A DNA stretch of 64,000 bases from an uncultured Acidobacteriota bacterium (GTDB lineage: Bacteria > Acidobacteriota > Thermoanaerobaculia > Gp7-AA8): assembly GCA_963741955.1 (NCBI GenBank), contig CAVUKB010000004.1, positions 224,001-288,000 of the forward strand, given 5' to 3'. Shown in pieces: positions 28,216-38,423 of this stretch. The position numbers were made by a program, and so were the translations under genes. Position 1 is the first letter of the stretch; each line of letters begins with the position of its first letter. Below the pieces are notes generated by a model. That model was not told the DNA's origin and searched no databases. It saw nothing but the letters and a program-made list of their open reading frames with translations.

Positions 28216-28665
28216 TCAGACGCGACTGGTGATCTTCCGGAAGAGGTCGAGGAGCTGCTCACGCTCGTGCGGATCGAGCGGCTCGAGCATCGCCGTACCG
28301 AGGGACGCCCGTTCTTCGCCGATTTTCTGGTGAAGGTGGCGACCGCGGGTGGTGAGCTCGACCAGAACGGTCCTCCGGTTCTCCTGGGGACGGAACCGTT
28401 CGACCAGGCCTCGCTCGACCAGACGGTCCACGATGCCGGTGCTGCTGCTGCAGGCGAGATCGAGCTGCGAGGAGAGCTCGCTCATCGACGTGCGGCCGTG
28501 GCCGGCGATGAAACGCAGCAGAAGGGCCTCGCTCCTGCTCAGATCGATCTTCTTCTCCAACTGCAGGAACCGGCTGCCGAGAGTCTCGATGTGACTCATC
28601 AGCTCGCGCGCTTTCAATGCGAGCTCCGATTCCTGTTCGATGGTGGATGCCTTCTGCCTCGACAT
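28216..28665 (-). CDS. MarR family regulator
   Basis: STGIVDRLVERGLVER...NRRTVLVELT; divergent from the efflux operon. Start re-called at 28665. Confidence 0.9.
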   Translation of the reverse strand: MSRQKASTIEQESELALKARELMSHIETLGSRFLQLEKKIDLSRSEALLLRFIAGHGRTSMSELSSQLDLACSSSTGIVDRLVERGLVERFRPQENRRTVLVELTTRGRHLHQKIGEERASLGTAMLEPLDPHEREQLLDLFRKITSRV

Positions 28666-28750
28666 TGGTCTGTGACTCGTCCCTGAAGATGACAATCCTG
28701 AAAGGCTGCGGATTGTGCATCCGATTCCGCGCCGGTGACTCGAAGAAAAA

Positions 28751-28765
28751 ATTCGGAACGCGAAT
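28751..28765. promoter_or_regulatory. Putative MarR operator
   Basis: ATTCG-N5-CGAAT palindrome in the AT-rich divergent intergenic region. Confidence 0.5.
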
Positions 28766-28847
28766 AATTCCGCCTTCGAAGTGTTTGGATGGAGACCGGT
28801 CGTTCTGGCCGGACAGGCAACCCAGGAATTCGGAGGCTCATCCAGAG

Positions 28848-30188
28848 GTGAGTTCGATCTCTCTACATTCCAGGGTGGGCCGCGTTCTCTTCGCGGCCGC
28901 CCTCGCATCCGTCGCATTCTCGTTCACGGCCATCGCCGCGGAGCCACCGTTGTCTCTGACGCTGCCGGAGGCGGTTCGGATGGCGCTCGACGAGGGTGCG
29001 AACGCACGCCTCGCCCGCACGCGCCAGGAGCGCGCGGAAGTCGGGAAGCGGGAAGCGCTTCAGGGCCTGATGCCTCAGGTATCCGGGAGTCTGATGCGCT
29101 ACAGCGAATCGATCAATCTGCAGACGTTCGGATTCGCCACTCCGGGAGAACCTCCGGTGGTCGGCCCGTTCGACGTGTCGGACGCCCAGCTCAACGCAGC
29201 GATGCAGCTGTTCAACCTCGCGGCGATCCGCCGATACCAGGCGCTGCGGACGAATGCCGTGGCCAGCAAGTACCAGCTCGAGCAGACGAGAGAGGACGTG
29301 GTCGCCGCGGTCGCGCGCCTCTACGTACTGGTTCAGAAAGCCGACGCGCAGGTCGCTACGCGCCAATCCGAGGTCTCCCTCTTCGAGACTCTGCTGAAGG
29401 TCGCCCGGGACGAGTTCCAGGCGGGGACCGGAACGAAGCTCGACGTCGCGCAGGCGAACGTTCAGCTCTCTCGCGCAAAGCAGGGACTTCTGGTCGCGGA
29501 GAGCGCGCGTGACACGGCCAAGCTCGCGCTTCTCGGTGCACTCGGTGCAGACGAAGGACGGGAGATCGTCCTGACCGACTCGTTGCCCGAAGCGGGGACG
29601 GTTCCGGAGATCGACGCGGCGCTCGAGACCGCGCGGAGCCGCCGTCCGGAGCTGAAGGAAGTCGACACGCAGGTAGCCGCGGCGAAGCTCCAGGTCGAAG
29701 CGATGCAGTCGAGGCGTCTGCCGAGTCTCGCGGTGCAGTACACCGGTGACTACAGTGGCAATACCACCAGTGAGATGTTCGGCACGCGAAGGATCGCGGG
29801 AGTGGTGTCGGTGCCGCTGTTCGACGCGCAGGTCAACGCGAAGATCGCCACGGCGAAGCTCGACCTGCAGGACGTGAAGGTGCAGGCGGAGGAAGTGGGG
29901 CGTCAGGTCGAACGACAGGTCCGCGGCTCACTGATGTCTCTACGCAATGCGCAGACCCGTGTCGAGGTGGCCGCCGAGACTGTGAAGGTGGCGGACGAGG
30001 CACTGACCATCGCACGCGACCGCCGCGCGGCGGGCTACGGCTCGAGCGTGGAGGTCGATCGAGCGCAGGAGAGCTACGCACAGGCCCACGAGGATCTGAT
30101 CTCCGCCCGCGCCGACGCGGCAATGGCGATGTATGAGCTGCAGCACGCCACGGGCGAGATCGGACTGCTTCAGGAGGGCTCGCATTGA
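28848..30188 (+). CDS. TolC family outer-membrane efflux protein
   Basis: Signal peptide, LTLPEAVRMAL, two OEP-like repeats (GTGTKLDVAQA, GYGSSVEVDRA). Start approximate. Confidence 0.9.
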   Translation: MSSISLHSRVGRVLFAAALASVAFSFTAIAAEPPLSLTLPEAVRMALDEGANARLARTRQERAEVGKREALQGLMPQVSGSLMRYSESINLQTFGFATPGEPPVVGPFDVSDAQLNAAMQLFNLAAIRRYQALRTNAVASKYQLEQTREDVVAAVARLYVLVQKADAQVATRQSEVSLFETLLKVARDEFQAGTGTKLDVAQANVQLSRAKQGLLVAESARDTAKLALLGALGADEGREIVLTDSLPEAGTVPEIDAALETARSRRPELKEVDTQVAAAKLQVEAMQSRRLPSLAVQYTGDYSGNTTSEMFGTRRIAGVVSVPLFDAQVNAKIATAKLDLQDVKVQAEEVGRQVERQVRGSLMSLRNAQTRVEVAAETVKVADEALTIARDRRAAGYGSSVEVDRAQESYAQAHEDLISARADAAMAMYELQHATGEIGLLQEGSH

Positions 30189-31792
30189 GCGCTCCAGCAA
30201 CACCGGCCGCTCCGGCGGGCCGCAAACCGGTCAACAAGTGGGTGGTCACGCTCTCGGTGACCTTCGGCACGCTGATGGGGGCGATCGATGCGTCGATCGT
30301 CAACGTCGCCGTCCCTCATCTGTCCGGCTCTCTCGGTGTCACGTATCAGGAAGTGACCTGGGTGATGACCGGATTCGTCATCGCCACGGTCATGGTCATG
30401 CCGCTGACCGGATTTCTTTCCCGCATGTTCGGACAGAAGCGTCTTTACATGTTCTGTCTCGGGCTGTTCGTACTGGGATCGGCCCTCTGCGGCTTCTCAC
30501 ACACTCTCCCAACTCTGGTGTTCTTCCGGATCATTCAGGGGTTGGGCGCCGGTGCGCTCCAGCCGACCGAGCAGGCGATTCTCCGTCAGACCTTCCCCCT
30601 CGAGGAGCAGGGAATGGCGATGGCGGTCTTCGGAATGGCGGTGGTTCTCGGTCCGGCGTTCGGACCGACTCTCGGCGGGTGGATCGTCGACAATTACAGC
30701 TGGCCCTGGATGTTTTTCATCAACGTTCCGATCGGTCTGGTCTCGCTCCTGATGGTCTCGCGGTTCGTCCATGAACCGGAGGACGTGCGGGAACACAACC
30801 ATTCCATGGCCGAACAGCAGAAGAAGAACATGGACTGGACCGGAATCGGCCTGATGGCGATCGGGATCGGATCGCTCCAGTTCGTCCTGGAGGAAGGCAA
30901 CCGGAACGACTGGTTCCAGTCGCCGATGATCCGGGTTCTGGCGTTGGTGACGGTGGTGGCGCTCGTTGCGCTGCTGATCCGCGAGCTGAGTGCGAAGATC
31001 CCGGCCATCGACCTCTCGCTGTTCAAAGACGTGGTGTTCATGTCCGGGACACTCATCGGTTCCGTGATGTTCGCCATGCTGATGTCGGTGACGTTCCTTC
31101 TACCGTTGTACATGCAGACGCTTCTGGGGTTCTCGGCGACGCAGTCGGGACTGGCCCTCATGCCGCGAGCTCTGGTCATGCTCCTGGTGATGCCGATCGT
31201 CGGAAGGATCTACAACCACGTTTCGCCGCGGCTGATCATTGCGATCGGAATCCTGCTGTTCGGCTATTCGGCGTGGCTGATGGGGCATTACACACTGAAC
31301 ACCACGGCATTCGGCGTGGTACACGTGCTGATCATCCAGGGGATCGCCTTTAGCTGTCTCTTCATTCCGCTCACGACGCTCGCGCTCAGTTCGATTCCGC
31401 GGCACCGGATGGCCGATGCAACCGGATTGAACTCCCTCTTCCGTCAGGTCGGCGGCTCGATCGGACTGGCGGTCTTCGCCACCATGCTCTCGCGATTCTC
31501 GACCCAGGCGCGGGGTTCGATGCTGGCGAATCTCTCGATGACCAGTCCGGCCATGTCGGCACGGTTCGAAGGACTGCGGCACATGCTGGCAGCGCACGGC
31601 TACGATGCGGCTTCGGCGTACCAGACGGCGGCCCGGCTCATCGATTTCATGATCCGGCGACAGGCGATGGTTCTCTCGTTCGAGAAACTGTTCATGGTCG
31701 CGGGAATCAGTTTCCTTTGTGTCCTTCCTCTCGTCTTCCTCCTGCGGGGAGGAAACAAGACGGAACCTGTCGAAGTTCATGTGGAGATCTGA
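30185..31792 (+). CDS. DHA2 family MFS efflux permease (EmrB-like)
   Basis: IDASIVNVAVP, GPTLGGWIVDNYSWPWMFFINVPIG, LEEGNRNDWFQS. Confidence 0.93.
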   Translation: MSAPATPAAPAGRKPVNKWVVTLSVTFGTLMGAIDASIVNVAVPHLSGSLGVTYQEVTWVMTGFVIATVMVMPLTGFLSRMFGQKRLYMFCLGLFVLGSALCGFSHTLPTLVFFRIIQGLGAGALQPTEQAILRQTFPLEEQGMAMAVFGMAVVLGPAFGPTLGGWIVDNYSWPWMFFINVPIGLVSLLMVSRFVHEPEDVREHNHSMAEQQKKNMDWTGIGLMAIGIGSLQFVLEEGNRNDWFQSPMIRVLALVTVVALVALLIRELSAKIPAIDLSLFKDVVFMSGTLIGSVMFAMLMSVTFLLPLYMQTLLGFSATQSGLALMPRALVMLLVMPIVGRIYNHVSPRLIIAIGILLFGYSAWLMGHYTLNTTAFGVVHVLIIQGIAFSCLFIPLTTLALSSIPRHRMADATGLNSLFRQVGGSIGLAVFATMLSRFSTQARGSMLANLSMTSPAMSARFEGLRHMLAAHGYDAASAYQTAARLIDFMIRRQAMVLSFEKLFMVAGISFLCVLPLVFLLRGGNKTEPVEVHVEI

Positions 31793-33049
31793 ATGCAGCA
31801 GCAAGTGAAGGAAGTCATGCTCGAAGAATCCGAGTCGTCCCCCAAGATCGCGACGCCGGCAGCGAAGCTGCGAAAGCCCGTGCTGAGCAGGCAGAAGGCG
31901 CGCCGCCTCTATTTCGGATTGGGAATCGTGGTCGCTCTTCTTCTGATCGGTTACGCCGTGTACCGGATCTTTCTGGCCGGGACGGAAACGACGGATGACG
32001 CGAACGTGGCCGCCGACGTGGTCTCGGTGGCTCCGCGCACCGGAGGCCAGATCGTCGCGGTGCACGTGAAGGACAATCAGCGCGTGACGAGCGGGATGGT
32101 CATCGCGGAGATCGACCCGCGCGACATGCAGGTGAAGCTCGATCAGGTCGAGGCGGAACTGGAGACGGCAAAGGCGCAGGCGGCCGCGGCGGACGCCCAG
32201 GTGCGGGTCGCGCGAGCCGGGGCTCGCGGCGGGTTCACCGCGGCGCAGGGAGCGACGCAGAGCGCGCGTGAGGCGATCGACAGTTCGGCCCATTCCATCG
32301 ACGAAGCGAAAGCTTCCGTGGCGAAGGCGGAGGCGAACGCGAGGAAAGCGAAACTCGACTTCGACCGCGCGATCGAGCTCGGGTCGAAGGGAGACATCTC
32401 CAAGGCCCAGGTCGATGCAGCACGGGCGGCGAACGAATCGGCCCAGGCCGAGCTCGATCAGACCCAGGCCCGGCTCCGTTCCGCGGTCAACGCCCGCGAG
32501 CTCGCGCAGGCGAACCTGACCCAGGCCAAGGGCCACCTACAGCAGAGCTCATCGGTCGGAGCGCAGGTCGATGCGGCGAACGCGGCGGCGAAACTGGCCC
32601 ACGCGAGGGTCAAGTCTGCAGAAGCCTCCCTCGAAGCCGCGAAGCTCGCTCTCTCCTACACGAAAATCGTGGCGCCTGCGGACGGAATCGCGTCGGGGCT
32701 GGCGGTTCATCCCGGATCGCTCGTGGTTCCGGGGCAGCCGATCGTCCATCTCGTGCCCCTGAAAACGTACATCATCGCGAACTTCAAGGAGACCCAGGTG
32801 GAGGGGATGCATCCCGGCTCCAAAGCCGAGATCGACGTCGACGCCCTCGGCGGGAAGAGCTTCGAAGGGCGGGTGGAGAGCCTTTCCGGCGGCACCGGCG
32901 AGAGTTTCTCGCTCCTTCCTCCCGACAACGCATCGGGGAACTTCGTGAAGGTCGTGCAGCGGATTCCGGTCAGGATCTCCTGGGATGGCCCGGCGAGCAA
33001 TGTCGTGCCGGTGGGTTCGTCCGCAGAAGTGACCGTCCGGACGAAATAG
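31793..33049 (+). CDS. HlyD/EmrA membrane-fusion protein
   Basis: ETTDDA, ANFKETQ, SLLPPDNASGNFVKVVQRIPVRI. Confidence 0.93.
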   Translation: MQQQVKEVMLEESESSPKIATPAAKLRKPVLSRQKARRLYFGLGIVVALLLIGYAVYRIFLAGTETTDDANVAADVVSVAPRTGGQIVAVHVKDNQRVTSGMVIAEIDPRDMQVKLDQVEAELETAKAQAAAADAQVRVARAGARGGFTAAQGATQSAREAIDSSAHSIDEAKASVAKAEANARKAKLDFDRAIELGSKGDISKAQVDAARAANESAQAELDQTQARLRSAVNARELAQANLTQAKGHLQQSSSVGAQVDAANAAAKLAHARVKSAEASLEAAKLALSYTKIVAPADGIASGLAVHPGSLVVPGQPIVHLVPLKTYIIANFKETQVEGMHPGSKAEIDVDALGGKSFEGRVESLSGGTGESFSLLPPDNASGNFVKVVQRIPVRISWDGPASNVVPVGSSAEVTVRTK

Positions 33050-33111
33050 AGAATCGAGGCTCTCAGCGGGAGGAGAACGGAAGAAATACTCTTTCGGGAA
33101 TGATGATCAAT

Positions 33112-33211
33112 CGGACTTGTCCGACAGGTCCGACAGGTCCGACTTGTCTGACAGGTCCGACAGTAGCTCGCCACTCCTCGGCGGAAACTCGTCGCTCGTC
33201 GCTCGAGCCTC
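33112..33211. repeat. 9-mer (GTCCGACAG) and heptamer (CTCGTCG) tracts between convergent genes
   Basis: ggacttgtccgacaggtccgacaggtccgacttgtctgacaggtccgacag; ctcgtcgctcgtcgctcg. Confidence 0.7.
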
Positions 33212-34141
33212 TCAATAATGCCGGACGCCGCGCCTCCTCATCCGGATTCCCTTGAGTTTCTCGTCGAGGAAGTGATCGACCTGTTCCTGGACGGACGGGT
33301 CGAGAAAGCGGTCGTCCGCGTGCGCGAAATCCTGATAAAGGAGAAGCTTCGAATCGCTGCCGACCATCTGCAGCGCGTGAAACAGATCTTCGCTCTGCTG
33401 GTACGGGACGATGCAGTCTCCGGTTCCGTGGAGGATCAGGAACGGGGGGTCGTCCGGCGTCACGTACCGGATCGGGTTTGCCGCCTCCGTTTTGTCGGGA
33501 CACTCCTGAATCGCGCAGCCGATCAGGAGCGAGGGGGGAGCGAGGGGGTCGTTCGGATCGCCCGGTGAGCACGAGGGCGCCTCCTCCGCGAGCTTCAGCA
33601 GATCGGTCGGCCCGAAGTAGTCCACCACCGCCTGTACCCGGCTGGAGTAGCCCGCGTTTCCTTCTTCCGGCCCTTCCAGCTCATCGACTCCCGCCGTAGT
33701 TCCGACCAGGGCGGCCAGATGCCCCCCGGCCGAGTAGCCCATCACCGCGATCGCGTTTCCGTTCAGGTCGTACTGCGCGGCGTGCGCCCGCAGCCACCGG
33801 ATCGCGGCCTTGCAGTCTTCGATCTGCGCAGGAAAGGTCGACAACGGCGCGAGACGATAATCGATGTTTGCGATGGCGTAGCCGCGCGCGATCTCCAGGA
33901 TCGCCGTCCCTTCGTCGCGAGTCCCTTCCGTCCAGAAGCCTCCGTGGATCGACACGATCACCGGATACGGTCCTTCGGTCGCGGGGAGATAGAGGTCGAG
34001 CCTGAGGGACTCGCCGTTCACATTCGCGTACTCGACGTCGAGAAACGCGCGAGGGACGGCTTGAGCAGACGGACCTGCAGCGGACGCGGTTGAGGCGGCT
34101 GCCATCGAGACGAGCAGAGCGACGACCCGGATGAACTTCAT
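33212..34141 (-). CDS. Secreted alpha/beta hydrolase (esterase) with an RRRGVRHY tail
   Basis: Signal peptide; HGGFW oxyanion motif, GYSAGG nucleophile, HGTGDCIVP. Confidence 0.9.
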   Translation of the reverse strand: MKFIRVVALLVSMAAASTASAAGPSAQAVPRAFLDVEYANVNGESLRLDLYLPATEGPYPVIVSIHGGFWTEGTRDEGTAILEIARGYAIANIDYRLAPLSTFPAQIEDCKAAIRWLRAHAAQYDLNGNAIAVMGYSAGGHLAALVGTTAGVDELEGPEEGNAGYSSRVQAVVDYFGPTDLLKLAEEAPSCSPGDPNDPLAPPSLLIGCAIQECPDKTEAANPIRYVTPDDPPFLILHGTGDCIVPYQQSEDLFHALQMVGSDSKLLLYQDFAHADDRFLDPSVQEQVDHFLDEKLKGIRMRRRGVRHY

Positions 34142-34251
34142 CGATCTCACCTTTCGTACGTAATGATCATCCTACGCCATCCAGGGCAGACGGGTGACGG
34201 GGGTCACGAAGAACGCGAAATCGGCTTCGGATGATGGACCCGGGACGCGGC

Positions 34252-34280
34252 TTGAACCCCGGCCCGCTTTCCCGGACAAT
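34252..34280 (+). promoter_or_regulatory. Sigma-70-type promoter
   Basis: TTGAAC-17 nt-GACAAT upstream of the ClpX-like gene. Confidence 0.55.
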
Positions 34281-34292
34281 ACGCCCCGTCTG

Positions 34293-35414
34293 ATGACTGA
34301 TCCGGCGCACGCTCCACTTTCGATCACTCCCGGCGAGATTCACCGGTCGATCCAGCGTACCGTGGTGGGGCAGGACGAGGCGCTCCGCGAGATCTCCGTG
34401 GTGGTCGTCAAGTACCTCGTCGGTCACCCTGCCGGCAACATGCTGCTGATCGGCAACTCGGGTTCGGGGAAGACCACGCTGATGAAGGCGATCGAGCAGT
34501 ACCTCCGATCGCGTCCGGAGCTGGCCGACTTTTCCAACGTGATCCGGATCAACGCGAACGTTCTCGCCGAGGAGCACGAGGGGTATGGGCGTGCCGTTCT
34601 GACGCGGCTGTATCGAAACGCGAAGGAGCGCCTCGGCGAGAAGGCTTCGATCGAGGAGGTCCTCCGTCGCATCGAGCGCGGAATCGTTTTCGTCGACGAG
34701 ATCGATAAGATCCGTGCGCAGGTCGGCGGCGCGCCGAATGTGAAGGGGATCGTGGCGCAGGAAGCACTCCTGACCCTGATGGAGAACGAGCACATCGAGT
34801 TCCTCGTGCCCGGAAGCGACCGGGTGGCGAGTGTGAATTCGTCCGGGATCCTCTTCATCGTCGGGGGAGCGTTCGAGGAGCTCTACGACGACGTCTACCA
34901 TCGCGCGACCATCGGAACGGAGAGTGCGCCGCTCAAGCCGACGGTGGTCGTCTCACAGACTGGCGAGGTTCGGGAAGAGCTGGCGTTTCACCTCCGCGAT
35001 TACATCAGGTACGAAGATCTCTTCCGGTACGGGATGCACCCGCAATTCGTGTCGCGCTTCGAGTCGATCGTCGTCCTCAACGATCTGGTCGAAAAGGATC
35101 TCGCCCAGATCTTCATCGAGCCGGAGCATTCGATCTTCCGCACCTCGCGCGATTACTTCTCACGTTTCAACGTCGACCTCCAGATCACCCGGGCCGCGGT
35201 CCAGACCATCGCCTGGGAGGCGTCGAAACAGAAACGCCTTGGCGCCCGTGCGCTGAAGGAGATTTACCGGCGCGTGATTCGCAACCACGAGTTCGACCCG
35301 TGGGGCGGCACGCCGATCGCGCCGGGCGAGCCGAAGCGCGTGGTCACCATCACCGAGGAGATGGTTCACCAGGCGCTCGGTGGAAAGACGCAGGGGACCA
35401 GCAGACCGAGATGA
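34293..35414 (+). CDS. Divergent ClpX-like AAA+ ATPase lacking the zinc-binding domain
   Basis: VVGQDEA, NMLLIGNSGSGKT, GIVFVDEIDKI, FIVGGAF, LGARAL; stop overlaps the ftsY start (ATGA). Confidence 0.85.
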   Translation: MTDPAHAPLSITPGEIHRSIQRTVVGQDEALREISVVVVKYLVGHPAGNMLLIGNSGSGKTTLMKAIEQYLRSRPELADFSNVIRINANVLAEEHEGYGRAVLTRLYRNAKERLGEKASIEEVLRRIERGIVFVDEIDKIRAQVGGAPNVKGIVAQEALLTLMENEHIEFLVPGSDRVASVNSSGILFIVGGAFEELYDDVYHRATIGTESAPLKPTVVVSQTGEVREELAFHLRDYIRYEDLFRYGMHPQFVSRFESIVVLNDLVEKDLAQIFIEPEHSIFRTSRDYFSRFNVDLQITRAAVQTIAWEASKQKRLGARALKEIYRRVIRNHEFDPWGGTPIAPGEPKRVVTITEEMVHQALGGKTQGTSRPR

Positions 35415-36340
35415 GCAGTCAGAAGACATTTTTCCAGAAACTCAAACGCGGCCTTTTCATGACTCACACCGAGATCATCGAAAAGGTGAAGGATTCGTTC
35501 ACCCCATCGCTCGGGATCGACCAGTCCGTGATGGATGCTCTCGAGGAGGGCCTCCTCGGCGCGGACGTAGGTGCGGAGCTGACCATGGAGGTCATAGGGT
35601 CGCTCGAGACGCGCGTGCGGGATCAGAAAATCCGGACCGTGGACGAGTTGGCGGCCGCCCTTCGCGAAGAGATTCGAGAACGAATTCCGCAGAAGACGGT
35701 CGAGCCCGTGCAGATCGGCAGGACGAGACCTTACGTGATCCTGGTGGTCGGCGTGAACGGAACCGGAAAGACCACCACCATCGCGAAGCTCGCCCAGCGC
35801 TGGAGCGCGGAAGGACACAGCGTGATCCTCGGCGCGGCCGACACGTTCCGGGCTGCGGCGATCGAGCAGCTCCAGACGTGGGCCGACCGGATCAACGTGC
35901 CGGTGGTGAAGCATCGGGCCGGATCGGATCCGGCGGCCGTCGCTCACGACGCGGTGAATGCCGGAAAGTCGCGGTACGCGGATGTGGTGATCATCGATAC
36001 TGCAGGTCGGCTGCACACGAAATCGCATCTGATGCAGGAGCTCTCCAAGATCCGCCGGGTCATTGCGAAGGAGCTGGAGGGAGCGCCCCATGAGACGCTT
36101 CTGGTTCTCGACGGAACGACCGGCCAGAACGGAATGAGCCAGGCGAAGGCGTTTCTCGAGGCCGCCGACGTCACCGGGATCGTGGTGACCAAGCTCGACG
36201 GAACCGCGAAGGGAGGGGTGATCCTCTCCATCATGCGCGAGTTCAACATCCCGGTGAAGTACGTCGGAGTGGGCGAGGCGGCCGACGATCTGATCCCGTT
36301 CGATCCGAACGACTTCATCGAAAGCCTCTTCGAAGCGTGA
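35411..36340 (+). CDS. ftsY: SRP receptor FtsY
   Basis: [36 protein letters not shown]. Confidence 0.96.
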   Translation: MSSQKTFFQKLKRGLFMTHTEIIEKVKDSFTPSLGIDQSVMDALEEGLLGADVGAELTMEVIGSLETRVRDQKIRTVDELAAALREEIRERIPQKTVEPVQIGRTRPYVILVVGVNGTGKTTTIAKLAQRWSAEGHSVILGAADTFRAAAIEQLQTWADRINVPVVKHRAGSDPAAVAHDAVNAGKSRYADVVIIDTAGRLHTKSHLMQELSKIRRVIAKELEGAPHETLLVLDGTTGQNGMSQAKAFLEAADVTGIVVTKLDGTAKGGVILSIMREFNIPVKYVGVGEAADDLIPFDPNDFIESLFEA

Positions 36341-36422
36341 CGCCCGCCGGCGCCGGCGGGGAAGATCGCCCGCCGTCCAACCTGTTCCATTGTTTTTGTT
36401 CGACGCGCAGGGGAAAGTGCAT

Positions 36423-38120
36423 ATGACGACGACCGAAGAGACCACCCGGACCGAGCGGCCGAAGGACTTCATCCGCGACATCATCGAAGAGGATCTCCGG
36501 AGCGGGAAGCACCAGAAGATCGTGACGCGATTTCCTCCCGAGCCGAACGGGTACCTCCACATCGGCCACGCGAAGTCGATCGCCTTCAATTTCGGGGTCG
36601 CCGACGAGTATGGCGGGCGCTGTCATCTGCGAATGGACGACACGAACCCGGTGAAGGAAGAAGAGGAGTACCAGAAGGCGATCGAGTACGACATACACTG
36701 GCTCGGTTACGACTGGGGGGCACACCTTTACCACGCGTCGGACTACTTCGAACAGCTCTGCGAGTATGCGGAGATCCTGATCCGTCAGGGGAAGGCGTAC
36801 GTCGACGATCTTTCCGCGGAGGAGATCCGGCAGTATCGCGGGACGCTCACCGAAGCGGGAAAGGAGAGCCCGCACCGGAATCGTTCGGTGGAGGAGAATC
36901 TGGACCTCTTCCGGCGGATGCGGGCCGGCGAGTTCGCCGACGGAGAGAAGGTGCTGAGGGCGAAGATCGACATGGCGTCGCCGAACATGAACATGCGCGA
37001 TCCGGCGCTTTACCGGATTCGCCATGCCACGCACCATCGGACCGGCGACAAGTGGGTGATCTACCCGATGTACGACTTCGCGCACTCCCTATCGGATGCG
37101 ATCGAAGGCATCACCCACTCCCTCTGCACCCTGGAGTTCGAAGATCATCGTTGTCTTTACGACTGGTTCATCGAGCAGCTCCCGGTGCCGGCAACGCCGC
37201 GGCAGATCGAGTTCGCCCGCCTGAATCTGACCTATACGGTTCTCAGCAAACGAAAGCTTCTCCGCCTGGTCCAGGAGAAGCACGTGAGCGGATGGGACGA
37301 CCCGCGGATGCCGACCATCGCGGGGATGCGGCGCCGCGGCTACACGCCTGCGGCGATTCGCGATCTTTGTGAACGCGTCGGCATGGCGAAGAGCAATTCG
37401 CTGATCGATGTGGCGATGCTGGAGTTCAGCGTCCGGAACGACTTGAACGCACACGCCCTCCGCCGGATGGCAGTGCTCGATCCGATCAAAGTGGTGATCG
37501 AAAACTATCCCGAAGGGGAGGTCGAATACGTCGACGCGGTGAACAACCCCGAAGATCCCTCCGCGGGTACGCGAAAAGTGCCGTTCTCGCGAGAGCTCTA
37601 CATCGAGCGGGAAGATTTCATGGAGAACCCGCCGAACAAGTTCTACCGCCTCTCGCCCGGACGGGAGGTGCGCTTCCGTTGGGCGTACTTCATCACCTGC
37701 AATTCGGTGGTGAAGGACGACGCGGGAAACATCGCGGAGCTCCGCTGTACCTATGACCCCGCGACGCGCGGCGGCGATGCGCCGGACGGACGGAAGGTGA
37801 AGGCGACCATCCACTGGGTGTCGGCCTCGCACGCGATCGACGCCGAGGTGCGCCTGTACGACCGGCTCTTCACGAAGGAGAATCCGGACCAGACGGAAGA
37901 GGGAGAGGATTTTCTCTCCAATCTCAATCCTCATTCGCTGGAGATCGTCCGGGACGGAAAGCTCGAGCCGTCGCTGGCCGAGGCGGTTCCGGGCGACCGC
38001 TTTCAATTCGAGCGGCTGGGGTACTTCTGCGTCGACGCCGACTCGAAGAGGGGGAAGCTGGTCTTCAACCGCACCATCACGTTGAAGGACACCTGGGCGA
38101 AGGTACAGAAGCGCGGGTGA
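36423..38120 (+). CDS. glnS: Glutamine--tRNA ligase
   Basis: [39 protein letters not shown]. Confidence 0.95.
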   Translation: MTTTEETTRTERPKDFIRDIIEEDLRSGKHQKIVTRFPPEPNGYLHIGHAKSIAFNFGVADEYGGRCHLRMDDTNPVKEEEEYQKAIEYDIHWLGYDWGAHLYHASDYFEQLCEYAEILIRQGKAYVDDLSAEEIRQYRGTLTEAGKESPHRNRSVEENLDLFRRMRAGEFADGEKVLRAKIDMASPNMNMRDPALYRIRHATHHRTGDKWVIYPMYDFAHSLSDAIEGITHSLCTLEFEDHRCLYDWFIEQLPVPATPRQIEFARLNLTYTVLSKRKLLRLVQEKHVSGWDDPRMPTIAGMRRRGYTPAAIRDLCERVGMAKSNSLIDVAMLEFSVRNDLNAHALRRMAVLDPIKVVIENYPEGEVEYVDAVNNPEDPSAGTRKVPFSRELYIEREDFMENPPNKFYRLSPGREVRFRWAYFITCNSVVKDDAGNIAELRCTYDPATRGGDAPDGRKVKATIHWVSASHAIDAEVRLYDRLFTKENPDQTEEGEDFLSNLNPHSLEIVRDGKLEPSLAEAVPGDRFQFERLGYFCVDADSKRGKLVFNRTITLKDTWAKVQKRG

Positions 38121-38270
38121 AGAGGCATCTGGTATCTGGTATCTGGTATCTGGTATCTGGTATCTGGTATCTGGTATCTGGTATCTGGTATCTGGTATCG
38201 AAGATCCGAAGATCCGAAGATCCGAAGACTCGAAGACTCGAGACTGAAGAAACGAGACTGAAGACTCGGG
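38121..38270. repeat. (TGGTATC)x10 followed by GAAGATCC/GAAGACTC octamers
   Basis: Perfect heptamer array at 38130-38199, directly after the glnS stop (TGA-AGAGGCATC). Confidence 0.95.
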
Positions 38271-38423
38271 ATTGCGATGCGGCTGTCGACCTCGCCGCGG
38301 GCCACATGCCCGGGAGTGCGGAGTTGCAGTCCGGCGCACAGTTCGTCTTTTTTCTCCCGTCCTCACCGACCTCGCCAGCCCGGCATTCCGGCTCCCCACG
38401 GCGATGCGGAGTAAGATCGTGGG

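Noticed and set aside
38003-38305. ORFs with YQIPDTR, SSILDPR or SRLSPL peptide repeats (also 43848..44870, 44973..45752, 48528..48764, 58890..59330)
   Set aside because: They are translations of non-coding heptamer arrays.
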